Assembly (NCBI GenBank): GCA_008632985.1
Contig: QPGO01000005.1
Location: forward strand, 186,001-250,000
DNA: 64,000 bases
Reading direction: 5' to 3'
DNA from: Psammoneis japonica
Lineage: Eukaryota
In this document: positions 36,503 to 49,200 of the stretch, piece by piece
How positions within the stretch are numbered: position 1 is the first letter of the stretch
Layout: every line of letters starts with the position of its first letter
The notes under the pieces: generated by a model
The model's database searches: none
What the model was told of the DNA's origin: nothing
What the model saw: only the letters and a program-made list of their open reading frames with translations
Position numbers and translations under genes: made by a program

Positions 36503-39065
36503 ATGACTGGTTCTACGGAAATGTCGTCAGAAGCTGATGCTGCTGCAGGTACTATTATAAAGAAAAAGACTAAGGATACAAAGCGTCAACGACGAAAGGT
36601 TGTCAATCCCTCCAACACATGGCCGCAGCAACCCCGTATCCAATCGTCCGAGGCTCGCGCCAAGGCATATTTGCGTGTCGCTGGATTGGGAGGCGATTCA
36701 TCATCCAAAACAACAAAGCAACAACAAGAACTCCTCGATCCATCGCTCGACATGGACTCGCCTGAAATGAAATTTGGTCGACTGCTCGGGGGTACCAATC
36801 AGCGAAAACGACACGAGACGGTCAAGAAATTGCAACTCTATCTCAAGGCGAGATGCGATATTCAAAACGAACAAGGAGGAATCAGTGAATTAGATCTACT
36901 AAAGTTATGGAAGGTAAGGTGATTTATAGTGACTTACTTGTATGTGTGTGGGGTAATGCTTGCTGTATATCGACTGAAATACGGATTCGTTTTCTTCTCA
37001 CGCTTACTATCCTACTCGTTTTTTACAGGCTCTTTGGTTTACACTCTACATGGCAGATAAAGTTCCAGTGCAGGACGAGTTATCCAAACGTTTAGCAGAA
37101 TTAATCTGGTGTGTAGCTGGAACAGAAGAAGAGGACGAGTATGCAGGACAGGCGTACATGGCCATGTGTGGCGAACCAGAGGAGAGCAGCGGCTTTGGCT
37201 TTAGCGAGGACAATGATGTCATTATGGAAGAAGTTGTAAACACACTTGAAGAGTCTTCTGAAGAGGAGGAGGAGGAAGATGATGATAAAGAGGAGGAGGA
37301 GAAGTTGGACAAAGCAGAGGAAGACCACTTGGATAGCGACGAGGAGGAACAAGACGACGACGCGGACGGTGGCGCGGTCCAAGAAGACGACTGGAACGTG
37401 CGACATTGTCGTGGGGCTCATTTAGCGTCACTATTTGTCAAGACATTCTTTCGAACTATTCAAAGGGAATGGGGGAAAATGGACAAGCATCGAGTAGACA
37501 AGTTCTACACTCTCATCCGTCTCATGATGCAACAGGTAAGGAGTTTCAGGCCACTGTATGCTTATGTTCAATCATGGCCCGTCCCGTTCTGAGAATGAGC
37601 CTGCTGTTGATTCCTTTAGATATACCGATACATGGCTGTTCGGCATTGGAGTATTGGCATCATTCGATTATTCAATGATGCAATCTTTGAAGAAGTCCTC
37701 AGTAAAACACCCAATGGGCTCCGATACCATTTGATTGACATTTGCTTGGAAGAGCTGGTCCGCGCCAATGCAGCAGCACCCATGCCTCTGACGGAGGCCA
37801 CCTTTCTCGATTGCATGGAGCCGTACTTTGCCATGGTACAGTCGGTACAGGATGCTATTGTTCAGGAACGAGTCATGAACAAGGTTCTATTGAAATTCTT
37901 GGAGGATCACTCGGTCGTGAGTCTACCAGACGAAAAGGACCTGGAAGGTAATAATGACATTTTGGATCAGGTTCATGTCGGTAGTGTTGCACAATTTATT
38001 TTTGAATTGGCAAGCAACGAGGAAACGCGAGATCGATATCGCAAGGGGCTCTATGAAATGCACAAGATTTACGCCAAGCGCCTCAAGAAAGTTGGACGCG
38101 ATGTAGTTCTGGATGATGGGAGTGACATCAGCTTGGGTATGATCCACGGGGAGGAAGGAGGCGATGGTGCAGATGAGGTGGCGGAGCCAGAACAGAAGGA
38201 AGACACGCCTCGTGTCGATGTTTCAAAGAAAAAGCACAAGAAGGAAAAGAAGAGAAAAGATAGAAGTAACAAGGAGCAGCGGAAAGGACACGAGACCGAC
38301 CAGGTTGATGCCGATGGCAAAGAAAAGAGCAAAAAGGAAAAGAAGAGAAAAGAAAGAAGTGACAAGGAGCAGGATAAAGAACAGGAGGCCGACCAGGTTT
38401 TTGCCGATGGCAAACAAAAAAGCAAAAAGGAGAAGAAGAGAAAAGACAAGGAGCAGGTTAAAGAACAGGAGGAGACCGACGAGGTTGAAGTCGATAGCAA
38501 AGAAAAGAAGGGAAAAGACAGAAGTAGCAAGGAGCAGGTGAAAGAACGAGGGGAGCCCGGCGCGGTTGAAATTGATGGCAAAGGAAAGAAGAAAAAGAAG
38601 AAGCGCAAGAAGAAATCACTCGACCAAGCGGAAGCAATATCCTCGACTGACAATCTTGGCGACGAAGCTCCTTCTAAAAAGAAAAGGCGCAAGAAGAAGG
38701 AAGAAATGCAGGCAGCGAATCAAGAGGAGGAAGAGGTTGTAATATCATACTCGGAGCAAAAGAAAGCAGCCAAGGCTGCTGCCGAGGCAGAGGAGAAAAA
38801 GCAGAAGTCGGTGGCTCCCGAGACCAAATCAAAAAAGAAGAAAAAGGATAAACACGCGGAGGGTGATGAGAAGAGGCGGGTAAGCTTTGGGGCTTTTAAT
38901 CGTAGCAAGTCTCACAAAGCGTCCATGAAAGCTTTGAAGACAACTGTGCCACCTAGTACGTCTACTCACTCCCCTCAAAGGGGTATCTTATTGAAGAAAG
39001 GCAGTCGTCAGAGCACCGGTGGCATCCAAAAGAAAGCACGAAAACAAGCCGTCGATTACTTCTAG
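36503..39065 (+). CDS. RRP1: Ribosomal RNA processing protein Rrp1/Nop52
   Basis: ELDLLKLWK(A)LWFTLYMADKVPVQDEL and FFRTIQREWGKMDKHRVDKFYTLIR; K/E-rich tail with RRVSFG; introns ~36914-37029 and ~37536-37619. Confidence 0.9.
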
Positions 39066-39095
39066 AGCCAGGTTATAAAGCGTAGCGTTTTATAG

Positions 39096-40538
39096 TTAGA
39101 TCACTTGACTGCAGTCGGCAACCATTTGTTCTGTGATAGCTTTTCCTTCCGCTTGCCATCGTCTTTTGTTTTCCATTGCAAAACACAAAAAGATAGAGCT
39201 CCTGGATCCGAATACTCCGCATGAAGCCATCTTCTCCGCCAATGGGATCACGTAGGCATCAAAGAACCAGGTTTGATTTTCGTACCAATCAATCTTTGGG
39301 TCCCAAAATATCCTCCTGCTTCGGAACGCTACCAGATGTTCTTGATACATTCTCTTATTCCATTTCAAAAACACGTCAAAGTTTTGCATTGTGTGAGCGA
39401 CATCCGCAACATTCATCATTGTATCAAGAACAGTGTCCTTTCTCAACTTCATCTCGCCCTCGCTTGTGGGAGAGTATTCTTCAAGCATCTTCCCTCCAAA
39501 GTCAAGAGATTGACGGATACCCAAGCGCTCGCTCTGAGACCTAACCAATTGCCTTGAGTCCGCATACATGGAGTGTCGCTGTCTCTGTCTGAAGCTGCCC
39601 AACACACCCAACGTATCAGAGAAAGCATCCGCTACAACAGCGTCCTCGGGGCCATTGTCCCAGCTGTCGCCCCCGCCTTCTGGTTCAAACGCCTCTTTCC
39701 ATCTGCTTTGATTGATCTGCATGCGTTCTGGGCTACTAATGTCTGTGCCGAGAACAATGTCAATAACACGTTTGCGGAATCGCTTTCTCTCAATTTTGTC
39801 TGGAGTAATGGCTTTCTTCAACACCTTAAACTCCTCCCTGGCAAGTAGCGAAAACGCAACTTGAAGTGAATTCTGCTCCGCGATGCTAACGTCATTGTAC
39901 ACGATGGCTAGCTTGTGTTCTTCCTCAACGAGCGTTGAGTTTGGAACTCCCAGATGCTCCACATCGTGAACAAGAGCTGAAAACACCAAGGCAAAGCGAA
40001 CCATAGCGTCCGACGATATGCCAAACGTAGCATCGCTTACCCACTTATCTTTGGTCTTATTTGTTTCTTGACGTTCGTTTCCGAACGAGACGTGTGCCAT
40101 GGTTGATCTTCTCGACGTCCTTGGTTCGTGTTCTTCGATTTTATCTCCGTCTAGGTCGTCTCTTGAAAATAGCATGCTCAATAATGCATTCACAGACATT
40201 GTCACGTGAGTAGCGTGTTCAATGGAATGGTAATTCACATCTTTGTACATGCTAGCAATCGTGGTGACATATCGAGTAAGTTGTTTTTGAACCTCTCCTC
40301 TAAGCTCGCCATTCTTTTGAACAAACATTGGTTTCGAGATTGGTCTTGATATGATTAGTTCGCGAAGTCGCATTGACAGTATCGAAGTCAGCTGCTCCAC
40401 CATGAGATTGAAATTGTCGGTTGACTTGACTTGTCCCAAGTTACTACCGATTTCGTTCCATGGTTGCATTGTGAGCGTTCTGGCTGGCTCTTCGCTTTCC
40501 CTTGCCTTTTGCTCCACGAGGACGACTGTTTCTACCAT
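39096..40538 (-). CDS. Class I 3',5'-cyclic nucleotide phosphodiesterase
   Basis: YHSIEHATHV, SALVHDVEHLGVPN, SIAEQNS, LGTDI, NVADVAHTMQ...KWNKRMYQE. Confidence 0.9.
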   Translation of the reverse strand: MVETVVLVEQKARESEEPARTLTMQPWNEIGSNLGQVKSTDNFNLMVEQLTSILSMRLRELIISRPISKPMFVQKNGELRGEVQKQLTRYVTTIASMYKDVNYHSIEHATHVTMSVNALLSMLFSRDDLDGDKIEEHEPRTSRRSTMAHVSFGNERQETNKTKDKWVSDATFGISSDAMVRFALVFSALVHDVEHLGVPNSTLVEEEHKLAIVYNDVSIAEQNSLQVAFSLLAREEFKVLKKAITPDKIERKRFRKRVIDIVLGTDISSPERMQINQSRWKEAFEPEGGGDSWDNGPEDAVVADAFSDTLGVLGSFRQRQRHSMYADSRQLVRSQSERLGIRQSLDFGGKMLEEYSPTSEGEMKLRKDTVLDTMMNVADVAHTMQNFDVFLKWNKRMYQEHLVAFRSRRIFWDPKIDWYENQTWFFDAYVIPLAEKMASCGVFGSRSSIFLCFAMENKRRWQAEGKAITEQMVADCSQVI

Positions 40539-41248
40539 GTTGTGTTTGGTCTTTTGCTGTTGATGGTTCTGAAGCTTTCGACTTCCTTTGATGTCAACAC
40601 AGCTGCGATAAAGGAACCGATCAATAATAGTCTTTGCCTGTTGTGGTTTGGGAACCTTGTTTCCGGGATTTAGTTTGTTGTTCATCAAAACAGTCACAAA
40701 CAACGTGAACGATGAGAATGAATCGCAAAACGGTTGGGCAAATGCAAATGCGTCGCCAACGCGGTACCAGTACTAATCTTACAGAGGATGCACGTAGAAC
40801 AGGTGTCACAATGACTCTTTCACAGTCATTGCTTCGAACAGTCATTTTATCAATGGCGCAATGACTTGTGATTCATAAGATTTATGCCGAATGTTATATT
40901 CAAGCATATATTTAGTAAATATGCTACTCAAATTCTCTTTATTTTTGTCAACATTTATTTATATTTTTAGCTTCAGTCATTTGCGAAAGAACTTTCCTCG
41001 TATAAATCCCAGTAGTTGAACTTGTGGGTTGGACACTTTTCGCTGTGCAGTCTTGGTTTGATTCCTTCCAAATTTTTCGCCGTTGCGCGCGCGCAGGAAC
41101 CGCTTTTCAGCTTTTCGCACGATAGTTTTTACAAGTATGGATCTTGATCTTTTCTGTTGACGAAACACAATGGCCGCGGGGCGAGAGATTGTGTGTAGTG
41201 CTGTTATGCAAATTACTAGTAGGAGCACTGAAAAGGTAAAGCGGAGTA

Positions 41249-44200
41249 ATGGACGATAAGAAAAATGGCAGCAAGTCGAAATCTCGTCGGACTGTTAGAG
41301 CGACGGTTCCTGGTGCTGTTGCAGTGGACGCTCACTCCTCATCGGTTGAAGAACCTTCCGAACCCTCTGGCCCAAGCCGCAACGAAAGTACTTCTTCGGT
41401 AGATAGATCGGCCAAGTCCAAGTCTCGCCGTACAGTACCTGCGTCTTCACCGGGCGCAGTTGTGGTTGAACCATCTGAACCAGTCCGTTATGAAGGTCAA
41501 TTGTCGGAAAAAAAGTCAGAGAAGAAATCAAAATCTCGCCGTACCGCGCCTGCGACTACTCCCGGAGCAGTTGCAGTGGAAGACCCGTCCGTGAACGAAC
41601 CGGAGAATGTGCCAGCTGGTTCCTCGGGGCAGGTGCCCACAACTTCCAAAAGTAGATCTCGCCGAGGTGCAAAAGCAAAGAGCAAGACGCGTCCCTCATC
41701 TCGAGCCACTGCCCCTGGTGCTGTTGCGGTTCAGGAGGAGGTTCCAGAACCAGAGGGTGATGTGACTTCAGCAGAACCTTTCGGAGTGGCCCTGACTTCC
41801 GGGGCAGATCCAGTAGCTCGAGCTCGCCTGTTGGAAAAAAGAGCATGCGCAACAAGGGCGCTGTCACACCTGGCGCCGTTGCTGTCGCTGGAGCGGGGGC
41901 TGCCATGAGCGCTGCATCCACGAGAAAAGCTGGAAAAGGTTCTGATGGAGTCGGCATCCAAGTACCTGCTTCGAGGAGCTCTCGACATTCTAGCCGCAGG
42001 GGGAAATCCTCAAAGAAGACCGATGGTTCACGTAGCACAGTGCCAGGTGCTCAGAATATTGAGGGTGAAGATTCAATCGGCCAAAGCAAGAGTGATTCAG
42101 AGCGCCCTCGAGTTATTTTCGAAGGCGGTGAATCCGACCAGGACGATGAAAAAGCGCCCGGAGCTAAGGAATTACAGGGCGAAGATGGCTTAAGTACGGA
42201 TAAAGCACAACCAATGCTTCTCTATGACGATGACACTGGCGATGACATTGAAGGCGGCCAGGCAGACGAACCCGGGAAACCGATTGTTTCCGTCGGGTTG
42301 AATGATACAAGCGAGGCGCCAACTCAGTCGAACCGTTCGCCGGAAGAGTTGATGGCATTGAACGCTCCAGTCCAACTTGCTGATCAGTACAATGCAGACA
42401 TCGATGAAGATATCGAGAACCGGAAGAAAAGGGAAGCAGGAAGAAAGAAATGTCGGATTTGCATTATTGTCACCGTAATCATTGGCATAATTGTTGGGGT
42501 GTCAGTGGGAGTAACTGCGGGTAAAGGAGGTGACGACTCGCCTTCGGGGAACGAACCATCCTCACCAGCCCCGACACCACCACCAACGGCATTTGTCGAT
42601 TTTAGCGCTTGCTTTGAGGCGGGAGCAGCTGATGCCACTTCGCCACGGTACACTAGCATACGGGAGGTGCTAAGGGCAACGTCAACAGGTAACATTGACC
42701 TTATGGATGAAGTGAATTCACCGCAGAGAAAAGCGTTGTGCTGGCTTGCAGATTTTGACGAACTTGAGCTCGAAGCCGACCAAACCAATTCACCGGCAAT
42801 ACTTCAGAGATACACATTGGCCGTGTTTTATTACACTTTGGTAGACGAAAGTACTTCATTGGGTTTGGTAAGCAGTAACTGGTTAAGCGCGGCTCATGAA
42901 TGCTCGTGGGAAGGTCTTGACTGCACTGCCAGCGACGTTGTGACCGGAATGAGTTTGCGAGATCAAAAACTCGCTGGTGAGGTTCCTAGAGAAATTGCAG
43001 ACTTGAGCAGTCTAGGTAAGCATGAGGACGATTGCTTCGACTCGTAACTTTCCTTCGTCTATTAAGGACGCTACATAATGGCATCCCTGTCCTTGCTTTG
43101 TCTCGTAGAAACCTTTAACCTCGACTCAAATGTCGACTTGTCTGGGCCTTTGCCATCTTCGTTCTGGAGACTGTCATCTCTGAGTAAGTTGAGAGCACGA
43201 GGATGTCCGTGATGACTTTCGATGAAGGTTACCTGACCAATGTACTGTTTATGTACAGGAAATATTGTGCTTTCTCTTACTGATATTACTGGGTCTCTGC
43301 CATCTCCCGGACTCGGGGATCTAGCCAATCTCACGCAAGTCGCCCTTGAATCCTTTTCGGGACCCCTTCCGGATGAGTTGTACTCGTTGACGAAACTGAG
43401 TGAGTTTAGGCTGAATCATTGTGCGTATGCTTTAGTGTTCCTATCGATGGGTAGCTTACTGTTCATTGCCTTTGCTGATGAAAAGTAACCTTCTCGAATG
43501 GCGACGTATTTGAAGGACGCTCTCTACGTCCATAGGGCTGCTCAGGGATTTGGGTGAGTACTCTTGCGTTAACCACCGGCCTTTGATAGAACAAGCTGAA
43601 TTAATCCCCCAACATTCTTCTTGCCAAAGAAATTTTCCAAATCCGAGTGACTGGCCCTGCTTCAATTCCTTCGGAAATAGGATTGCTGACAGCTTTGAGT
43701 AAGTTGTTGGTTCAAAAGTTGAATTATGATACCGTGTTTGTTCCTTTGTGCTGTGTCGGTGTGTCGGTTTCTCATATTGTGCCTGTAATATCCTGGTAGA
43801 AATTCTTGATTTACAACGAAGTGAGCTTTCTGGTTCTACATTGCCACCAGAAATTGGCAGCCTAGCTAATCTCGGTACGTTTCAGCTGATCCGATTCCGG
43901 ATGTTGTACACTTGGTGCGAGGAGTATTTCTCACTAGCTTGATCAAAAACACACTCTGAGTAGAGTCGTTGGCGCTCAATGAATGTGGGCTGGAGGGGCC
44001 CATCCCGATTGAACTCGGTCTGCTCGGCAACCTAAGTAAGTTCCGCTCATCAAAAGCGCGTGATAGATGTGAATTTGTCGCGCTACTCAACACGTTGACT
44101 GCCCGTTCCCGCTACTCAGAACTACTTACATTGCAGACAAACCCTCTAACTGGCACGATACCAATTGAACTGGGCGCTTTGAGTAATGCGGGTAAGTTTT

Positions 44201-44428
44201 TAGCGTACCCTCGTTCCCAGGCCAGAAAAATTGCCCCGTAGCCCTCACCCTTGTGATCGTCATCCCTCACCGAACGTTAAAGAGAGTATCTTCCTTCGTT
44301 TCACTGAGCTAGAAGGCATGGTACCAACTGAACTTTGCGCCCTACGAGAGGGCGTCCTCCGGACTTTGGAAGCCGACTGTAGGAGTGAGGTTGTGTGTGC
44401 TCAGGGATGTTGCACCACATGTTCGTAA
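41249..44428 (+). CDS. Diatom-type single-pass LRR (L-domain) membrane protein, multi-exon
   Basis: N-terminal PGAVAV repeats; TM segment ICIIVTVIIGIIVGVSVGV; SPQRKALCWL, LQRYTLAVFYY, WLSAAHECSWEGLDC; short exons each encoding an LRR (LEGPIPIELGLLGNL); C-terminal LEADC...CCTTCS. Confidence 0.85.
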
Positions 44429-44655
44429 ATGGCGCTTGCATGGGCAACAGGGACGTCAGTTTCTTAGTTTGCGCTTTCGGCGAATTGTTACTAGGCCTGA
44501 GAGGCGATCTGACATTTTCAAATTTTTCCGAGCTTAGACTGGAGATATTACGAAACCAACATTTTTGCAAGTAGGTAGCTTGTTAACCTAACGTTCTATT
44601 TGTTCTACAGCAAGTATTGGCGCGCCAATCAAATGATCATACATGGCAACGAAAA

Positions 44656-46885
44656 CTACGACCTGGAGTTGCCATTCGCCTTTTCCAGCTGGCGCTGATA
44701 TTCAGCCCAGTCGTCGTCATAGGTATCGGGTTTGGTCCAAGTCGTTTCCCTTGATTTACGGTTGTAGTAGTAGTATCTGCCTGATTTCTCATCCAAAGCA
44801 GCTTTCCAAACTGGTTTCTTGACCTTAGTCGGAGTAGGAGGCTTCGCTTCCTGTTTATATTGTTCTTCCAAACTTAACAACCAAGACAATCTGTCTTTGA
44901 TCAAATCTTGGCTTACATCGCCTCCCGAATCCTTCTTGGGAGTTTCTACTAGACGTTTCTTTTCTTCATCGATCCAAGCAAGCCTCTCGGCAATTAACGC
45001 CGAACTTACCTGTGCTCCGTCGCTATCCTTCTGCGGAACTTCAGCGAGACGCTTCTTTTCTTCTTCGATCCACTTCATACCTCTGCAATCAATTCATTGC
45101 TCACACGAACGTCCTCGTTATCCTTTTGAGGAGCTTCCGAAAGCCGCTTCTTCTCCTCTTCGATCCAAGCCAGTCTTTCGGCAATTAAATCCGTGCTCAC
45201 CTGCACTCCATCATTATCCTTCTTCGGAGCTTCTGCGAGACGCCTCTTCTCTTCTTCGATCCATTTCATTCGCTCGGCAACTAAGTCATTGCTCACATGG
45301 ACATCCTCGTATCCTTTTGTGGCGCTTCCGAAAGACGTTTCTTCTCCTCCTCAATCCACGCAAGGCGCTCGCTGATGAGTGCGCTGCTGACGTTAGAATC
45401 ACCATCGCTTTTGATTGGGATTTCTGAAAGGCGCTTTTTCTCTTCCTCTATCCACTTCATTCTCTCGGCAATTAAGTCTTGGCTGACAACAACATTCTCC
45501 TGAGACTTTCCAGTCTCGAGTAGCCGCTTCTTCTCTTCTTCAATCCAAGCAAGTCTTTCGGCAATTAAATCCGAGCTAACCTGCACTCCTTCCTTATCCT
45601 TCTGCGGAGCTTCTGAGAGACGCTTCTTTTCTTCTTCTATCCATTTCATTCGCTCGGCAATTAGCTCATTGCCCACATGAACATCCTCCTGATCCTTTTG
45701 CGGAGCTTCCGAAAGTCGTTTCTTCTCTTCCTCGATCCAGGCAAGGCGCTCGCTGATGAGCGCGCTGCTGACTTGAGCATCACCATCGTTCTTGGTTGGG
45801 ACTTCTGAGAGACGCTTCTTCTCCTCCTCGATCCACTTCATTCGCTCGGCAATTAAGTCTTGGCTGACAACAACATTCTCCTCAGACTTTCCAGTCTCAA
45901 GTAGCCGCTTCTTCTCTTCTTCAATCCAGCAAGCCTTTCGGCAATTAAATCTGAGCTCACCTGCGCTCCATCGTTATCCTTCTGCGGAGCTTCTGAGAGA
46001 CGCTTCTTCTCCTCTTCGATCCACTTCATGCGTTCTGCGATCAACTCATTGCTCACATGAACGTCCTCGTTATCCTTTTGCGGAGCTTCTGAGAGTCGCT
46101 TCTTCTCTTCCTCAATCCAGGCAAGGCGCTCACTAATGAGTGCGCTACTCACTTGAGCATCACCACCGTTTTTGGTTGGGGCTTCTGATAGCCGCTTTTT
46201 CTCTTCTTCGATCCACTTCATTCTCTCGGCAATCAACTCGTTGCTAACATGCACATCTTCGTTCTCCTTTTGAGGAGCCTCTGAAAGACGCTTTTTTCTG
46301 ACTCAATCCAGGAAAGGCGTTCACTGATCAAAGCTGAACTGACAGCTACATCGCCATCCTCTTTTTGAGAAGCCTCAGATTTACGATTCTTTTCTTCTTC
46401 GATCCATGCAAGACGATCTTCGATAAGTGCGGAACTGACATGGACTTCCTCTTTGACGTCTTCCTCCTTCTTGTTTGCTTCATCCAACCATTTCATACGA
46501 TCTTTTACAAGCGTTGAACTCATTTGAACCTCTGAGTCACCTTTCCTGGGAGATTCCTCCTTCTTGTTCGTCTCATCGAGCCACTTCATTCGATCCTTGA
46601 CAAGTTGCGACCCTGTTGGTTTTCCTTGCGGACTTGTCGTCGTTTCTTTCTCCTTTTTGTTGGTCTCGTCAAGCCACTTCATGCGTGAGCTAATAAGCGA
46701 GCCTTCACCTTTCTTTACAGGCTGAGGGGCATGATCTGTAGCATCTTCTTTCTTCTTGCCAAATGCACCAGAGAGCCATTGCATCTTTTTCTTCACGTCA
46801 GAAACTCCAGAATCATCCGCATCGCCTTCTGATCTGCTTGGGTCGGTGCCTCTTCACCTTGCACAACGCGCTCTTCGTCAACCAT
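44656..46885 (-). CDS. Tandem ~31-aa repeat protein with C-terminal WW domain
   Basis: Roughly 20 repeats of VS..LI.ER(MK/LA)WIEEEKKRLSE.P.K; WW domain WKAALDEKSGRYYYYNRKSRETTWTKP; several frameshifts; probable ATG 46885. Confidence 0.8.
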
Positions 46886-48519
46886 TATGAAATCCGCAGT
46901 GTCTTGTAATATGGATGGGACAAACTAGAGGGAACGAATGTAGTTAGCAGCGATACCGTCGCTGCCACTTGCCATGAGAAGGAAGCGAGGAATGACTGCT
47001 TTTCTTGCAATGGCGACGCCACGTTTTTCGTCGGACGTATGCATTCGTACCGTACCGTAGGCCGTAGTACAAATTTGGTATTATTCTCAAATTGTGATAC
47101 TCACTAGCTTATAGTATCTACAAGTTTTAAGATAATTGAATGCTCTGAGTCTTGCGAGTAATCCTAGTAGCTCGCGGTTTCATCCGTTTCGTGCGTAGAA
47201 ACCTACGTACCGGTACGACTCTCGCAGCATACAAACAACGTGAGCTTTTTGGAAATCAATCCGCGGCCGAGGTCGCAGACCGCAGACCACCATCGCCAAG
47301 AGCTTTCCATGTTACTCGCAATTGACCGAAGCAAGCAGCAAATCACAAAGCGCTGTTAATTGACAGGAAGAAATTCTGTGACATGGAGAGGACCAACTCT
47401 GGTGGCAAAGCGTCGAAGTCGTCGACGTGGCTCTTGTGGTGGGCGGGAGCAGGATGGACTGTGCTCATCGTTGTCGTTGTTGAACGATCTGACGTGGGCG
47501 TGTTTTGATCGAGAGGTGTCAGATATGACAAAGACGACATCACTGCAAACACGCTCACCAAGACAGCCAAATCCCACCCAGTTGATTGAAACAATCGCCA
47601 ACAACACCTTGCAGTTGGACCAAGTGCCTCTGCTGTTTCCCAAGCCTGTTCGTTGCCTGGCAAGAACATCCTCGTCTCATCAGGAGAAGAACATCCTTTA
47701 ATTGCATCTCAAGGGGGTTGCTGCCACTGTTGGCGCAGGTGTGAGAGGAAGCGAAACACTCGCCCAGCGTCTCGTTCATTCATGAATTCAGCGGGCATCA
47801 CTCTCATGGTTCCAACGTGAATGTCATTTCACGTGGCCACGGCACGAGGCCTTCCTTCACTAAAAATCGACATTGTAGTGCCATGCTGTGGCCCCAGCCT
47901 GCAAGAGCCGTTTCGAGCTGTAGAAGAGAGAAATCAATTGACAATTTGGCTGAATCGTTTGGCAAACGCCGAGAAAATCAAAGCCTGCCACACTCTTGGT
48001 CTCGCCTGCATCTGGAAGACTCCGTTTCAGTTCATCAACAGCTCGATTGACAATCTGGTCTACGGCTCTTGTGGGAATTAGAGCAGAGCACCCATCGGCG
48101 TGGGACATGTGAATCTTTTCAGCCTGCGTGAAGAGCTGCAGCGTTTTGATTTGCCAGGCAAGCCTTTCTAGCCGACATGCACAACCCGTCAATCCTTGAG
48201 CGCATGGTTCTAGATTTTTGCTGATCGACTTGATCATTGACGAATTGACGACAACAGAGATGTCCAATCAAAAGAAAGGGAATTTAAAGAACAAAACCTC
48301 TTTGCAATGGGAGTCCCCAGACAATCGCTTTCTCCAGAGTCACGTCATTCCGACGGCAAATCATGCCCACCATTCTTGGAGTCATTTGCCTCTGAAGCAG
48401 CAAGGAAGCTGAATTTTTTGGATTGCTGGAACTGCTGAAAGATTCATCCACAGGTGTGGCTTTGTTGGGCAAAGCCAATTTCTTTTGCGAAGATCCAATG
48501 CTCGGCGCCATCGTGGCTT

Positions 48520-48680
48520 GTTGTTGTGGCGGCGAAGCCATCGAAACGCTCAATGTTGCCATTCTCATTCCTGTGCATGCAATGGTGCAAGCTCTGCAAT
48601 TGGGCATGTTCGCAAATGACGGTCAAATTCGGGTGTGTTGGATGACCCCATGCAAGCTGAAGGATGCATGATTTGAGTGA
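48520..48680 (-). pseudogene. Protein kinase fragment (subdomains IV-V, TKL-like)
   Basis: CILQL...PNLTVICEHAQLQSLHHCMH resembles the kinase hinge pattern PNL.I..EY...GSLY.YLH if H/C are restored to Y. Confidence 0.5.
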
Positions 48681-48704
48681 AGGATTGGTCCTGTCTCTGG
48701 ATTG

Positions 48705-49200
48705 TAAACTGGGGCCTTTCTCTTGATGAATGGGGTGCTCAGAAGAAACCGCATGTCTCACAATGTGGACTCCTGTTGTCTCCTTTTTACCAAATCAAGG
48801 GAGAGCCACCAGTTTTTGCTCTTCAAGGTGCTGCAGCCATTGCAGGATGGCTCCGCGATGACTTTGCAGGTCGGTGACAGCGCCAAAGACATTGCAGATT
48901 TGGCGCCTTAAGCCGATGACGCTGGAGGGTTGCGGTTTGTCCCTGTCTTTGCCAACTTGCTGGCTCCACAATGGGAGGAGAGTGTGCGTGGAATGATTGT
49001 TGGACACACGGGCATCTCACCAAGGCGAATGTTGCAAGTGCAGCAACAGAGGCGGCAGTGTTTTAGTGTTCCAAGGTGTTTGACGCCATGGCCGCTGACT
49101 CGGGAGCTCCTCTTTCAGAACTTCGTGTAGATGGGGGCATGGCTGCCAAATCTGACTTTGCTGTTCTTGGCCAACATCTTGGGAATTGCATGTCCCTGCC
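48705..49200 (+). pseudogene. glpK: Glycerol kinase (FGGY C-terminal domain) fragment with stops and frameshifts
   Basis: TGAFLLMN, GLLLSPFYQIKGEPPVFALQGAAAIAG-WLRD, GGLRFVPVFANLLAPQWEESVRGMIVG, TKANVASAATEA, DAMAADSGAPLSELRVDGGM, LANILGI, in the canonical GlpK order. Confidence 0.88.

Noticed and set aside
44830..46700. CRISPR-like or satellite array
   Set aside because: Repeats are in-frame protein-coding units with synonymous variation and no unique spacers.
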